Origin: a virus
Strand: one strand, 5' to 3'
DNA: 43,131 nt
UHGV virus genome: UHGV-0209493
Under the pieces are notes generated by a model. The model was not told the DNA's origin and made no database searches. It worked only from the letters and a program-made list of their open reading frames with translations. Positions within the stretch are counted from its first letter, which is position 1; each line of letters opens with the position of its first letter. Of the stretch, positions 1 through 9,400 are shown in pieces. A program made the translations under genes and the position numbers.

Positions 1-26
1 ATTATTCACACTATGGTGCCAGTAAA
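1..26 (+). other. attP half-site (window-start arm)
   Basis: ATTATTCACACTATGGTGCCAGTAAA matches the reverse complement of 43104-43129 at 20/26 positions. Confidence 0.8.
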
Positions 27-32
27 CATCCC

Positions 33-63
33 AAAAGACGGCGCATTTCTGCGCCGCCTTTTT
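33..63. terminator. Bidirectional intrinsic terminator
   Basis: AAAAGACGGCGCA-TTTC-TGCGCCGCCTTTTT hairpin flanked by A and T runs, directly after the last minus-strand gene. Confidence 0.75.
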
Positions 64-373
64 ACATCCGATACATGTCCAGCATCCGCTTCACGTCCGC
101 CGTTTCCTCGATTTGCTGCTCGTGTGCATAATCCCAGATGGCTTTCATGGATGCAGGGGCTTCTTTGCCGTTGCGCTGGTAGTCCTCGATCATGGATACC
201 GCGTGCTTGTGCAGCATATCCACGTGCGCCAGATCGTCCTGGGCAATCCGCGCATAGGTGGAGGCCAGATCGGGATACTGATGCTTGTGCTTCACGGCTT
301 CCCTGGCGTAGTCCTCCCCGCTTTCCAGGATGCTCTGGATATCCTGGATCAGTTCTTTCAACTCGGTCATCAT
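62..373 (-). CDS. Hypothetical helical protein, ferritin-like fold suspected
   Basis: 103 aa, helical, acidic/His residues (EDYA...QDDLAH...HEQQIEE); overlaps the stop of the upstream gene. Confidence 0.55.
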   Translation of the reverse strand: MMTELKELIQDIQSILESGEDYAREAVKHKHQYPDLASTYARIAQDDLAHVDMLHKHAVSMIEDYQRNGKEAPASMKAIWDYAHEQQIEETADVKRMLDMYRM

Positions 374-735
374 ACCGTCCTCCGTTCTTCCTGGCCATTA
401 ATGGCCTGATACAGATCCCGCAGGTCGCCTTCGTCGAAGGAAAATGTGCCCATGAACGGGATCTCCACCGTCAGCTTCCCCTGCGCCTGCATTTGCCCCT
501 GGGCCGCGTCATACAGGGCGCTTAGATCAATCTCCCCATTTTCCTGCATCACGCCCAGCGCCCGAAGGGCCGGCATTTTCGCCGCCTGCGAAAGCAGCGC
601 GTCCATTCGCGCCGCGCCCAGGCCGTATACCGTTCCCAGCAGAAACTGGCGTTTGCTGTCCAGCCTGGGCATCATCTTCATTTGCAGATAGCTTCCAATT
701 CCCGCTTTCAGTTGATCCGCCGTGATCATGGCCAT
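370..735 (-). CDS. Hypothetical protein (cargo cassette)
   Basis: ORF with GGAAGGGAG RBS before ATG 735; coupled to the downstream gene. Confidence 0.75.
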   Translation of the reverse strand: MAMITADQLKAGIGSYLQMKMMPRLDSKRQFLLGTVYGLGAARMDALLSQAAKMPALRALGVMQENGEIDLSALYDAAQGQMQAQGKLTVEIPFMGTFSFDEGDLRDLYQAINGQEERRTV

Positions 736-749
736 GCTCCCTTCCATAA

Positions 750-775
750 GCGGGCCCCATTATGGGGCCCGCCGT
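750..775 (-). terminator. GC-rich hairpin between cargo genes
   Basis: GCGGGCCCCA-TTA-TGGGGCCCGC inverted repeat. Confidence 0.5.
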
Positions 776-787
776 TTTCTCCTGCTT

Positions 788-1342
788 TTAGCCGTTGCAG
801 CAGTTGCCGCACTTGGGGATGGGGTTGTAGGTGCTCTGGGCAGTGGTGCCGGTGCCAGTGGTGATGTCCGCCACCATTTTGGGGTAAAAGGTGGCGTTGG
901 TGTAGGTCACGATGGCGTTGTCCGCGCAGCAGCGCCGCTCGGCCTCCATCCGGATGTCCCCCTTAAGCTCCGCCTTTACCGCCGCCAGATCTGCCTGGGC
1001 CAGGGCGAAGGAATCCTGCGTCCGCTGGTTCAGCACCTTCTGGGCCGCGCTGTCCGCTTCGATGGCCCGCAGCCGCCCGTCCGTGTACTGGTACATTTCC
1101 AGCATCTTCTGGTCGGTGTAGGTGTTCGCGTCCCGCAGCTTCACCTCGGTTTCCAGCTCCGCGATTCGCGCGGCCTGTCCCGCCTCATAGCGGTTCACCA
1201 GATGATTTTCGCTGCATTCGGCGGCGGCCCGCGCCCCTCCGCTCAGGGCGGCCAGCGCCGGGCCTCCGGCCACAGCCAGCCCGCCCAGCGCCGTGCCGAT
1301 GATGCCCAGCGCCGTGGTTCCCTGCTTTGCTACATAGTCCAT
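788..1342 (-). CDS. Hypothetical protein: hydrophobic Gly-rich N-terminus, coiled coil, Cys-rich tail
   Basis: TTALGIIGTALGGLAVAGG N-terminus, RRCCADN motif and C-terminal CGNCCNG. Confidence 0.75.
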   Translation of the reverse strand: MDYVAKQGTTALGIIGTALGGLAVAGGPALAALSGGARAAAECSENHLVNRYEAGQAARIAELETEVKLRDANTYTDQKMLEMYQYTDGRLRAIEADSAAQKVLNQRTQDSFALAQADLAAVKAELKGDIRMEAERRCCADNAIVTYTNATFYPKMVADITTGTGTTAQSTYNPIPKCGNCCNG

Positions 1343-1444
1343 GTTCAAGCCTTCTTTCCCTGTAATCTGTAGTGCGCTCTACAGGGAAATTCTGACACAA
1401 AAAAAGCGCCCCGAAGGGTCACTTCGGGGCCAAATCGGGGCCAG

Positions 1445-1642
1445 TTACAGGCCAGATAGTTTCCGCGCCACGCTGGCCCGGCGGCGCTTCACCGTGCTTT
1501 CGCTCATGCCCAGCGCCAGCCCGATGGCCACCACGCTTTTCCCCCGCCGGGAAAGGGATAGCACGTCCCGCTCGTCATCGGTGAGGCCATAGGCCGCGTC
1601 CGCCGCATCCACGCGGCTTTGGTGGATCCCGTCAAACCGCAT
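1445..1642 (-). CDS. LuxR/GerE-type stand-alone HTH regulator
   Basis: LTDDERDVLSLSRRGKSVVAIGLALGMSESTVKRRR fits the LuxR C-terminal HTH pattern; RBS AAGGCGGTGA. Confidence 0.8.
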   Translation of the reverse strand: MRFDGIHQSRVDAADAAYGLTDDERDVLSLSRRGKSVVAIGLALGMSESTVKRRRASVARKLSGL

Positions 1643-1658
1643 GCAGCATCACCGCCTT

Positions 1659-1901
1659 TCAGGCTTCGGGGGGTTTTTCTACCGGCTGTGCGTCATCCGC
1701 GCTGTTCGCGCCTGCAGCGTCGGCCAGGCCCTCGCCGATGATGTAGGCCACCACGGCGGCCCCAGCCATGATCAGGGCCGTGATCTGGGTAGCCTGATCC
1801 TCCGTGCCGCCAAAGGCTACCACCAGCATGGCCACAAAGCCCGCAATGGCCGTCCAAAACTTCCGAGACGTGAGCTTCCGCTTCCAATCGATCTTTTCCA
1901 T
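1659..1901 (-). CDS. Holin
   Basis: 80 aa, KLTSRKFW motif, two TM segments, in lysis module. Confidence 0.75.
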   Translation of the reverse strand: MEKIDWKRKLTSRKFWTAIAGFVAMLVVAFGGTEDQATQITALIMAGAAVVAYIIGEGLADAAGANSADDAQPVEKPPEA

Positions 1902-1918
1902 ATTTTTTTCTCCTTTCC

Positions 1919-2272
1919 TCAGTTCCGGTTCAACAACCAGCTTTTAATCCCGGCGCTGGCAGCCTTCATTTCGTCGGTGTTGCCGTTGTGCAGCTCGTGG
2001 CCCAGCAGGGCCTGCACGCCCATGCACAGATACTTCTGCCCTTCCCGCAGGTCCTCAATGTCCTTGGCGTGCTTATCCAGGCGGCGCTTATCGTTGTCCA
2101 GCTTGTCCATGCACTTTTTGATGTCGGCGGTCTGGGCGTTGTCCTTCTGCATCTGTGGGCTCCTCCATTTTTTGATGACTTCCACGCCTTTGCCAATGGT
2201 AACAATGGCCCCAAAAATCAGCAGGATCACTGTCGCCGCCGTCCGCAGCGCCTCAAAAGTCAGGTTTTCCAT
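1919..2272 (-). CDS. Membrane-anchored coiled-coil lysis-module protein (holin-like/accessory)
   Basis: N-terminal TM helix then coiled coil; lies between endolysin and holin. Confidence 0.6.
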   Translation of the reverse strand: MENLTFEALRTAATVILLIFGAIVTIGKGVEVIKKWRSPQMQKDNAQTADIKKCMDKLDNDKRRLDKHAKDIEDLREGQKYLCMGVQALLGHELHNGNTDEMKAASAGIKSWLLNRN

Positions 2273-2278
2273 GGCTCA

Positions 2279-3088
2279 TCACTCCGTCAAGATTTGATCG
2301 ATGCGCCCGCAGACGGCCTCCAGGGCTTTCCGCAGCGCCGCCAGCTCCGTCCGATGGATTGTCACGCTTTCCCCGGGTTCGCTTCCCTGATCTGCTTCCG
2401 GCTCTTCTTGCAGGGCTTCCAGAAATTCCGCCTTGCAGTATCCACTTTTGCCGTTGTAGTCCACCAGCAGCCATGCCGGATCGGCGCTCTTTTCGGCATG
2501 CACCCGGGCGCCGTTGGGGATGCTTTGCAGCCAGCGCCCGTCCATGCTGGGCTCCGCCCGCTGGTTCAGGCTGCCGCCCACAACGCGGTAATTCAGCTCC
2601 ATGTCCGTTTCCTCCTTCCCGTTGTTTTCCTCCGGCAGCGCCACCCCTTTCAGCCGCCCGGCAAACCGCCATTGCCCCAGCCTGCTGTCCCTGCGGATGC
2701 CGCCGGGCACGCTGGTGCAGTGGGTGATCTCCAGCGGCTCCAGCCCAGTCACCACGCCCACGTGGCAATAGTCCTTCTGGTCGCTGCTTCCGGCATACCG
2801 GCTGGGCAGGGCATAGCCGCTTTGGCCCGGCTCCCGGGCCTTGTACACCAGATCGCCCAGGGCCAGCTCGGATGCATCCGCAGTCCGCAGCAGGCTGCGC
2901 ATTTCGTTCCGGGCCGCGTAGTTGGTGCCATGGACGCCCCGCCAGCTGCCGCCGCACAGGCGGATGGCCCCAATGATCAGGCCGATGCAGTCGCATTGGC
3001 CGCCGTCTCCGCTTTCTCCCAGCTTGTAGGCGGTCACCCGGTCCCCGTTTCGCTTTACAGCGGCCACAAAATCGCTGTTGGTTATCAT
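2279..3088 (-). CDS. Endolysin, NlpC/P60-like cysteine peptidase with SH3b-like cell-wall-binding domain
   Basis: CDCIGLI catalytic Cys, HVGVV and EITH His residues; C-terminal SLNQRAEPS...WLLVDYNGKSGY. Start 3088 overlaps the upstream stop (ATGA). Confidence 0.8.
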   Translation of the reverse strand: MITNSDFVAAVKRNGDRVTAYKLGESGDGGQCDCIGLIIGAIRLCGGSWRGVHGTNYAARNEMRSLLRTADASELALGDLVYKAREPGQSGYALPSRYAGSSDQKDYCHVGVVTGLEPLEITHCTSVPGGIRRDSRLGQWRFAGRLKGVALPEENNGKEETDMELNYRVVGGSLNQRAEPSMDGRWLQSIPNGARVHAEKSADPAWLLVDYNGKSGYCKAEFLEALQEEPEADQGSEPGESVTIHRTELAALRKALEAVCGRIDQILTE

Positions 3089-3669
3089 GTTACCTCCTCC
3101 CAGCCTGCGGGATAGGCGCTGGGGCTGTAGGCGCAGCCGGCCATTTTGCATACATAGCGCTTGCCCTCAAAGGTCACCTTGTCCCCCACATTGTATGCGT
3201 CGTGGGCCCCGGTGGGCTGCACAAAGGCCGGGTACCCATCGTCCTCGCCGCCGCTGTCTCCTCCGCCTGCGCCCTCCGCTTTCCAGCCCGCCGGATAGGC
3301 TGCCGGGGTGTATACGTTGTTTGCCAGCAGGGATTCATAGAGCACCCCGTTCCACCAGCCCTTTTCCCCCTTGGCAAAGGCCAGCCCCGCCGTAATGGTG
3401 GCCGGGATGATCCGGTATCCCTCCCGGTAGCTGATGTCCTCCCACAGGGTGGGCGCGTTGTCCGGGCTGTTCTCCGCCGTGTCCCACAGGTCGGACGCCG
3501 CCCGCTTCACCTGCCCGTTCCAGCAGATTTTTGTCCCGGCCTTCACCAGCGCCCCGTCCCCCCTGAGCCGGGGGAAAAAGGTGGGCGCTTCGCTGGCTTC
3601 CTTGTCCTCCAGCTTCTGGGCCGCCGTTTCCAGCACCCCCCGCAGCCTCACCGCTTCTTCTCTTGTCAT
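3085..3669 (-). CDS. Carbohydrate-binding-module (CBM5/12-like) virion protein
   Basis: Repeated Trp/Tyr motifs (NVYTPAAYPAGW, QPTGAHDAYNVGDKVTFEG). Confidence 0.7.
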   Translation of the reverse strand: MTREEAVRLRGVLETAAQKLEDKEASEAPTFFPRLRGDGALVKAGTKICWNGQVKRAASDLWDTAENSPDNAPTLWEDISYREGYRIIPATITAGLAFAKGEKGWWNGVLYESLLANNVYTPAAYPAGWKAEGAGGGDSGGEDDGYPAFVQPTGAHDAYNVGDKVTFEGKRYVCKMAGCAYSPSAYPAGWEEVT

Positions 3670-3923
3670 CCTTCGCCGCCTCCCAAAATGATGCTCAGCG
3701 CCTCGCTGTCGCTGATGTCCGTTTCCGCCGGCTCCGCCGGCAGGTCGTATGCCTCCGCCGTCAGGTCGGCTTTTAGCCGGTATCCCTTGCCTGCCGGCGC
3801 TTCGGGCAGGGCGTGGATGGCCGCCAGAATCGTTTCGTATTCCGCCCTGGTGATTTCCTCGCCGCCGTTCCCCTCGCCAATGGCCAGAATGTATCCGCCG
3901 TCCAGCAGCTTATAATGCCGCAT
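3666..3923 (-). CDS. Hypothetical tail-module protein
   Basis: 85-aa ORF coupled to neighbours, with RBS. Confidence 0.7.
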   Translation of the reverse strand: MRHYKLLDGGYILAIGEGNGGEEITRAEYETILAAIHALPEAPAGKGYRLKADLTAEAYDLPAEPAETDISDSEALSIILGGGEG

Positions 3924-3937
3924 GCGTCACCCCCCTC

Positions 3938-4462
3938 TCAGGAAAATTTCAGGGCCATGGTCAGATACGTGTGGCCCTTCACCAGCTTTCTGTTGGCCGT
4001 CATGCTGGCGATTTTCGTTTCCGTTGTGCTGGTTTCCGCCGCGCCTATCTGTGAGCCGACGCTTACAATGTAGCTGTCCGACGGCGTATACCACATGGTG
4101 GTCAGCGCCTTTTTCACGCCGTCGACGCTGGGCTTGTCCACACAGGCGATAATCTCCCCGCTAACAGGCGTTGCGCTCATGGCGTACAGGAGCAGCACCA
4201 GATCGGGCACCACGCCCAGATTGTGGGTGATGGTCACGCCTCCCGCCGGGTAATCGGTGACATTCGTTGCCGGCACCAGTGTGCCCACATACAGCTGCGT
4301 CACCACGTCGCCGGGGAAGGGGCTCTGGGCAATGCTGTCAATCAGCGCCGCCATGCCGTCCAGCAGCGTTCCCTCCGCCACGGTCACGCCCTTGCCCGCT
4401 ATGGCCGTCTTGATGGCTGCTTTGGCGTTCTGCAGCCGTGTAATCTCCGTTCCGATGCTCAC
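3938..4462 (-). CDS. Tail fibre-associated protein
   Basis: N-terminal AKAAIKTAIAGKGVTV motif and ITHNLGVVP beta motif common in phage fibre proteins. Confidence 0.6.
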   Translation of the reverse strand: MSIGTEITRLQNAKAAIKTAIAGKGVTVAEGTLLDGMAALIDSIAQSPFPGDVVTQLYVGTLVPATNVTDYPAGGVTITHNLGVVPDLVLLLYAMSATPVSGEIIACVDKPSVDGVKKALTTMWYTPSDSYIVSVGSQIGAAETSTTETKIASMTANRKLVKGHTYLTMALKFS

Positions 4463-4473
4463 GCTTTCTCTCC

Positions 4474-5481
4474 TTAGATGGCCGCCAGGGCGTTGGCAAT
4501 GTCCGTGTTGATGGCGTCAATGCTTTTTTGCAGGCCGGTCAGCGTGGTCTGCAGCCCGGTCACGTCGGCAATTGCATGGCTGTGCTGGCTGTTTGCCTTC
4601 CCTGCCAGCGCCGCTGCAAGGCCGGTCACGTCGCTCATTTCATGGCTGTGCTGGCTGGCCGCTTTCCCCGCCAGCGCCGCTGCAAGGCCCGTCACGTCGC
4701 TCATTGCATGGCTGTGCTTGGCCGCCGCATAGTCGCTGGGCAGCTTTCCCCCCAGCTTGTTTGCGTCCGCCGCCTTGTCCACAACGCCGTCATCGTTTGT
4801 GTCGTAGGTGGCTTTCAGCATGTCCCCTGCGCCGCTGCCCGCGTCCCCGTCCCGGATCTCCACGGTTTTGGTGCCGTCCTTGTCCGTGATGGTCACCGTG
4901 GCCACCTTGCCGGTTTTGCTTACCTGGATGCTGGGGGATACCCCGTTTTCCCCCCTGGGCACGCCGATGGTCATTTCCCCGGTGTCCCCGTCATAGGCCG
5001 CCGTTGCGTCCTTTCCCGCCTCCAGGGTCACGGCCTTGGCCTTCAGGGCCTTGATGCTGGCCGCCGCCTTCTCGGCCTTCTGGGCGCTTGCTGCCGCCTT
5101 GTCCACCCAGCCCTTGGATGCTTCCGGCACGGTGGCCTGGGTGGTGCCCGGCAGCGTGTCCCCGATGGTGGTGAGGATCACCGCCGTTTTCTTGATTTTC
5201 TCCGTGCCGTCCCCGTCCGTCTCATAGGCCCGGATGTCGCATTTTCCATATTTCCCCGCCACGCCCAGGTCCCCCGCCGTCACGGTCCAGCGCAGCACCC
5301 CGTCCTCCAGCTGGCTTGCGGCCAGATAAGGTGCGCTTTCCCCGGGCCGGGTGGCCACAATGGCAAAGGCCGCCCCCGGCATTTTTTTCAGCCAGGGCTT
5401 CACGTCTATTTCAATCATTTTGCTGTTCTGCTCCTGCTCAATCCCCAGATCGATCAGGCTCAGCCGGTCAATGCGCAGCAT
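4474..5481 (-). CDS. Tail fibre protein
   Basis: BppU-like N-terminus, GDMLKATYDTNDDGVVD motif, three HSH-xxx-DVTGL repeats. Confidence 0.75.
   Translation of the reverse strand: MLRIDRLSLIDLGIEQEQNSKMIEIDVKPWLKKMPGAAFAIVATRPGESAPYLAASQLEDGVLRWTVTAGDLGVAGKYGKCDIRAYETDGDGTEKIKKTAVILTTIGDTLPGTTQATVPEASKGWVDKAAASAQKAEKAAASIKALKAKAVTLEAGKDATAAYDGDTGEMTIGVPRGENGVSPSIQVSKTGKVATVTITDKDGTKTVEIRDGDAGSGAGDMLKATYDTNDDGVVDKAADANKLGGKLPSDYAAAKHSHAMSDVTGLAAALAGKAASQHSHEMSDVTGLAAALAGKANSQHSHAIADVTGLQTTLTGLQKSIDAINTDIANALAAI
4552..4718 (-). repeat. 66-bp (22-aa) tandem fibre repeat, about 2.5 copies
   Basis: HSHAMSDVTGLAAALAGKAASQ / HSHEMSDVTGLAAALAGKANSQ / HSHAIADVTGL. Confidence 0.85.
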
Positions 5482-5484
5482 GGC

Positions 5485-6192
5485 TTATGCCCCTCCTTCG
5501 TTGATAATGGCCCTGACTTGGGCCTTCACGTCCGCCCGGGCGAAAAAGGTTTCCGCGTTCAGCGTCCCGGCCAGGGTTGTGCCCGTATCGTCCCCCAGCT
5601 TCTCTGCCGTCACGGCCCCTGCCCCCAGATCGCCTGCGCCCAGCGTTGCCTTGGCGGCCGCGCCGCCCGCCCCGATGGCGTACAGGCCGTCGCTCTTTTT
5701 GATCAATATTTGCCCCTCCGGCAGGTCCTGCAGATTGGCTGCCCGGATCCGCAGCCGCTGAAACAGGATGCCCCCGCCCTCCTGCCCGGTGAGGATCACC
5801 TCCTGCCCGTCCACCAGCTTGGTGTAGCTGATGGTGGCGGCGGCAATCAGGGCGTTCACCGCCTGCCGGAAGCCGCCGCTGCCCAGCTGCGCGTCGTCCG
5901 CGTCGGCGATCATTTTCTCAATCTTCTTTTTCGCGTCCGGGGACAGGTTGTCCGCGCTCACGCTGTCCTGGGCCAGCTGCTCCCCGGTTACGCTGCCCTT
6001 GGCCAGCACCTTGCTGGTCACCGCGTCCGCCGCCAGCTGCTGGGCCCCCACGGTGTTCTGGGTGATGTTGCCCCCGTCGATGTGGGAAAGGGCATAGCGG
6101 ATCTGGTCCTCCAGCTGGTGGATGTAGTTCATCACCTGGCGCAGATCGGTAATCTCCCCTTTTTTCTTCCCAAAATCCGGCATATACGCCAA
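5485..6192 (-). CDS. Tail/fibre-related structural protein
   Basis: Repeated V-T-x-x-x-L-A-x-x-[SA] units; likely TTG start at 6192 with GGAGG at 6201-6205. Confidence 0.65.
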   Translation of the reverse strand: MAYMPDFGKKKGEITDLRQVMNYIHQLEDQIRYALSHIDGGNITQNTVGAQQLAADAVTSKVLAKGSVTGEQLAQDSVSADNLSPDAKKKIEKMIADADDAQLGSGGFRQAVNALIAAATISYTKLVDGQEVILTGQEGGGILFQRLRIRAANLQDLPEGQILIKKSDGLYAIGAGGAAAKATLGAGDLGAGAVTAEKLGDDTGTTLAGTLNAETFFARADVKAQVRAIINEGGA

Positions 6193-6248
6193 ATGTGCCA
6201 CCTCCACACTCTGCTCCGTTTCGCGTAATCGTGTCACTTGTCGCCTTT

Positions 6249-6285
6249 ATCATATCAAATTATTGTATCAATTTAGAGCCCCACC
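6249..6285 (-). promoter_or_regulatory. Late-type promoter P1 (tail fibre/lysis operon)
   Basis: GGTGGGGCTCTAA-N15-TGATATGAT; same motif and spacing at three other sites. Confidence 0.75.
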
Positions 6286-6291
6286 CCGACA

Positions 6292-6424
6292 CTCCACATG
6301 CCCTGCGCCTTACGGCTTGCGCATGTCACTTGTCGCTCCATCTTGCAGGCCCTCCGGCGTGGCATTCGCCCCGCCTCCGGGAAACGCTGTCTTCCTCGAT
6401 GCGCTGCGCCCCGCCTCCGGAAGC
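6292..6424. repeat. Modular hairpin repeat (A-B-C-type copy)
   Basis: Shares GTCACTT...CTTGCA..CCCTCCGGCGTGGCATTCGCCCCGCCTCCGG with 24297 and 28546, and ACGCTGTCTTCCTCGATGCGCTGCGCCCCGCCTCCGG with the 28546 array. Confidence 0.9.
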
Positions 6425-6450
6425 AAACAAGGGCCGCCCGAAGGCGGCCC
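6425..6450 (-). terminator. Intrinsic terminator after giant gene
   Basis: Minus strand GGGCCGCC-TTCG-GGCGGCCC-TTGTTTG (UUCG tetraloop). Confidence 0.75.
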
Positions 6451-6458
6451 CTTTCCCG

Positions 6459-9400
6459 TTATTTCCTTTTCGTGTCCTGTTTCAGCCATTTTTCGATGTC
6501 CTTGTTTTTCTGTTCCCGCTTGTATCCCAGCGCCGCGTAGGCCGTCAGCAGCCGGGCCTTCAGGGCCGCCGCCTTGGTTTTGTCCTTTGCATAGAGCTGG
6601 ATATACTGCTGCTTGTACTGGCTGGTGATTTTCCCGGCCAGGGTGCTTGTGCTCACGCCGTGGTCGGTCAGCTCCTTGATGCGGCTCGGAAGGTTTGTGC
6701 CTGTTTCCACAGCCTTGAAAAAGTCCCCATACGCGCTGTATCCTTCCCCGCTGCCGTTGTGGTTCTTCTGATAGTCCCAGCGCCGCAGCTGAAACCAGAT
6801 GTCGTCCCCGTCCGTCTTGTCGGTGTACCGTTTCAGCGCCGTTTCCGCCGCCGCCCGGGTCATTTCCCCGCCGATGTACCAGCTGCCGATCTTGTCCGCA
6901 ATCTGGCTTTTCACCTTGGCCTCCGTGTAGCCGTGCTGGGTCATTTCCCGGATGGCCCCGCCTGCATCCTTCCCGGCCTTCACCGCGTCGTATACCTTGC
7001 CGTACCTGCTGTAGTCGTCCTCCGCATCCGGGTTTTCCTGCTGCCAGTTCCATTTTTCGATGGCGTAGTAGATGTCGTTCTCGTCCTTGTATTCTCCATA
7101 CTTTTTCAGCAGGGCCTTGGCTTCCCCTTCGTCAATCCGCCCATCCTTATACAGGGTGGAAATCTTGCTGCGGATATTGCTGCTCTTTCCGCCCAGCCTG
7201 TCCCGCCAGAGGGTGAAATATTCGTCCCAGGTCATGCTTCCGGCCTTGGCCCGATCCTCCATGCGGTAGCGGATGCCGCTTTTCACTGTGCTTTCCTCTT
7301 TCAGCCTGGTTTCCGTCAGGTAGCCGCTCAGCTCCTCATAGGTCTTTTCATCGCCCTTTTCCAGCGCGTCCAGCGCCCGCTCGTAGTAAGTGCCGGTGCC
7401 GCCGTCGTACAGGTCCATGCCCAAAAAGCTCAGCCCCTCCAGCACCCCGTATTTGATGTCCCGTCCGCTGGTTTCGCCCATGGGCGCGGATCCCAGAATG
7501 TTCAGCGCCCCCTGGAAATCCCGGATCACGTTCTTGGCCGGAATGCCCAGCAGGTTGCCCAGCGCCCCGGCCACGGCGATCATCTTTTTTCCAAAGCTGT
7601 TTTCGTCGTTCATCACCTCGTCGTATGCGTCCTTCAGGTCAGTTACCACGCTCATGTCGCTGCGCTCCACGTCGTATCCCTGCCAGATGCTCACAATGTC
7701 CCGGGCCACAGGTACCATGGAAAGGGGGTTCATGTCACCGGTGAAGTTTTCGGAAAGCTCCGCCAGATATTTTTCAATAATCGTCCGGTCTTCTTCTCCC
7801 CATCTCCGGCCCATGGATACCAGGCTTTTCAGCATGGCGTTAAACAGGGTATTCGCCGCAAAGGCGGCCACGGCCCGCACCGCCGCTTTCCGCCCGATGT
7901 GCCGCCCGGCCCCGTCCGTTTTCCCCAGGTTCTGTATGGCGGATTGCAGCATGTTGTAGGATACCGTGGGCTCCGCCATAAAGGCCGTCACCATCTTGTC
8001 CATGGTGCTTTTTCCCCGCATGATGTCGCTTTTTACCAGGATGCTGTCATACACCTGGGTGTGGTTCATCACGTCGTTAAAGCGCCGGGCCACCGCGTCG
8101 AAGTATTCCTGGGTGCCCTCCTGCAGCTGGGTGGTGGCGGAAATCTCCCGCTTGACGGCGGCCCACATGGTGCCCCATGTGATCCGGTCGGCCTGCTCCG
8201 CGCCAAAACCTGTCGCCTGGTCTATGACCGCGCCGGCCTGCTTCAGCTTCGTTTCCGCCTTCAGGCTGCCCGTCAGCCATTCCTCGCCGGTAAAGCCTGT
8301 GCCCGTGTCAAATCGGCCCATGCTCTTGATCAGCGCCACCCCGCTGTATTTCTCCATTTCCGCCGCTTCCTTGAACGCGTTGGCCGGCTTTATGAAATAC
8401 TTGGGGCTTACCATGTTCATAGCCCGCATGATGGCGCTGGGCTGCTGGATCACCACGCTCATGTTGGCCGCCACGGCGTTTTTCTTGAATTTGCTCACCC
8501 ATTTGTTCACCCCCGTGCGCTCCTGGGCCACCACGCCGCCGCTCACGTCCTTGGCCAGGTTGCTCAGGTAGGTCACCGCCGCCTGGCCGTATACCCGTTT
8601 CAGCTCCGCTTTCACGCTCAGGCCGTATGCGTCGTCCGTTCCGGCGGTTTTGTAGTTGAAAATGCGGTTAAGGGTATCCACCGGCTGGGCAAAGCCGTTG
8701 TATACGCACATCTGGTTTACATGCCCAGCCCAGGTCTCCATGAAGCCGTCCAGGAAGATGGGGTTGTTGGCGTTTCGCACTGTTGCCTTGCTCATGCCCA
8801 TGTTCTTGGGCTGCCGGGTTCCGCTGTCGTCGCTCTTGGTCAGGTCCTGCTGGATGAAGTCCTTGCTGGATGCGTAGGGGAAATAGTAGGCCTCCGTGTA
8901 TTTATTGTAGCCGTATATGGCCCTGCTGGTTTCATTGCCCAGGTCGGCCATGGTGGTGGAAAGATAGCGCACCGCCGCGTCCGCAAAATCCATCTGCTCC
9001 TGGGTCAGCCAGCTCATCACCGTGCGCATGTCCGCCTCCGTGATGCGATGGGGCCGCGTTTTTTCCACGCCCTTGTATTTCACGCTGCTGCGGTACATGA
9101 AGCCGCCGATTCGCAGATGGTTGGCGTTCTGCCGTTTGTTCCGGGTTTCCCGGTTCCACAGGGCATACAGGGCCAGCGCCTGATCCCGGTTCAGCTCCAC
9201 CTGCTTTCCTTGATACGTTTCAAATTTCAGGTGGTTCTTATCGTGGATCCAGTCGTTCACATGGTATTTCTCAATCAGCCCGTCCATGTGCTCCTTCGCT
9301 CGCCGCATGTTGAAGGCATATTGGTTCTGCCCCTCCAGCATCCCGTCGTAGCAGCGCTTGAGCTGCCCGCCCAGGTTGTCGAAAAAGTAGGTGGGCGTGG

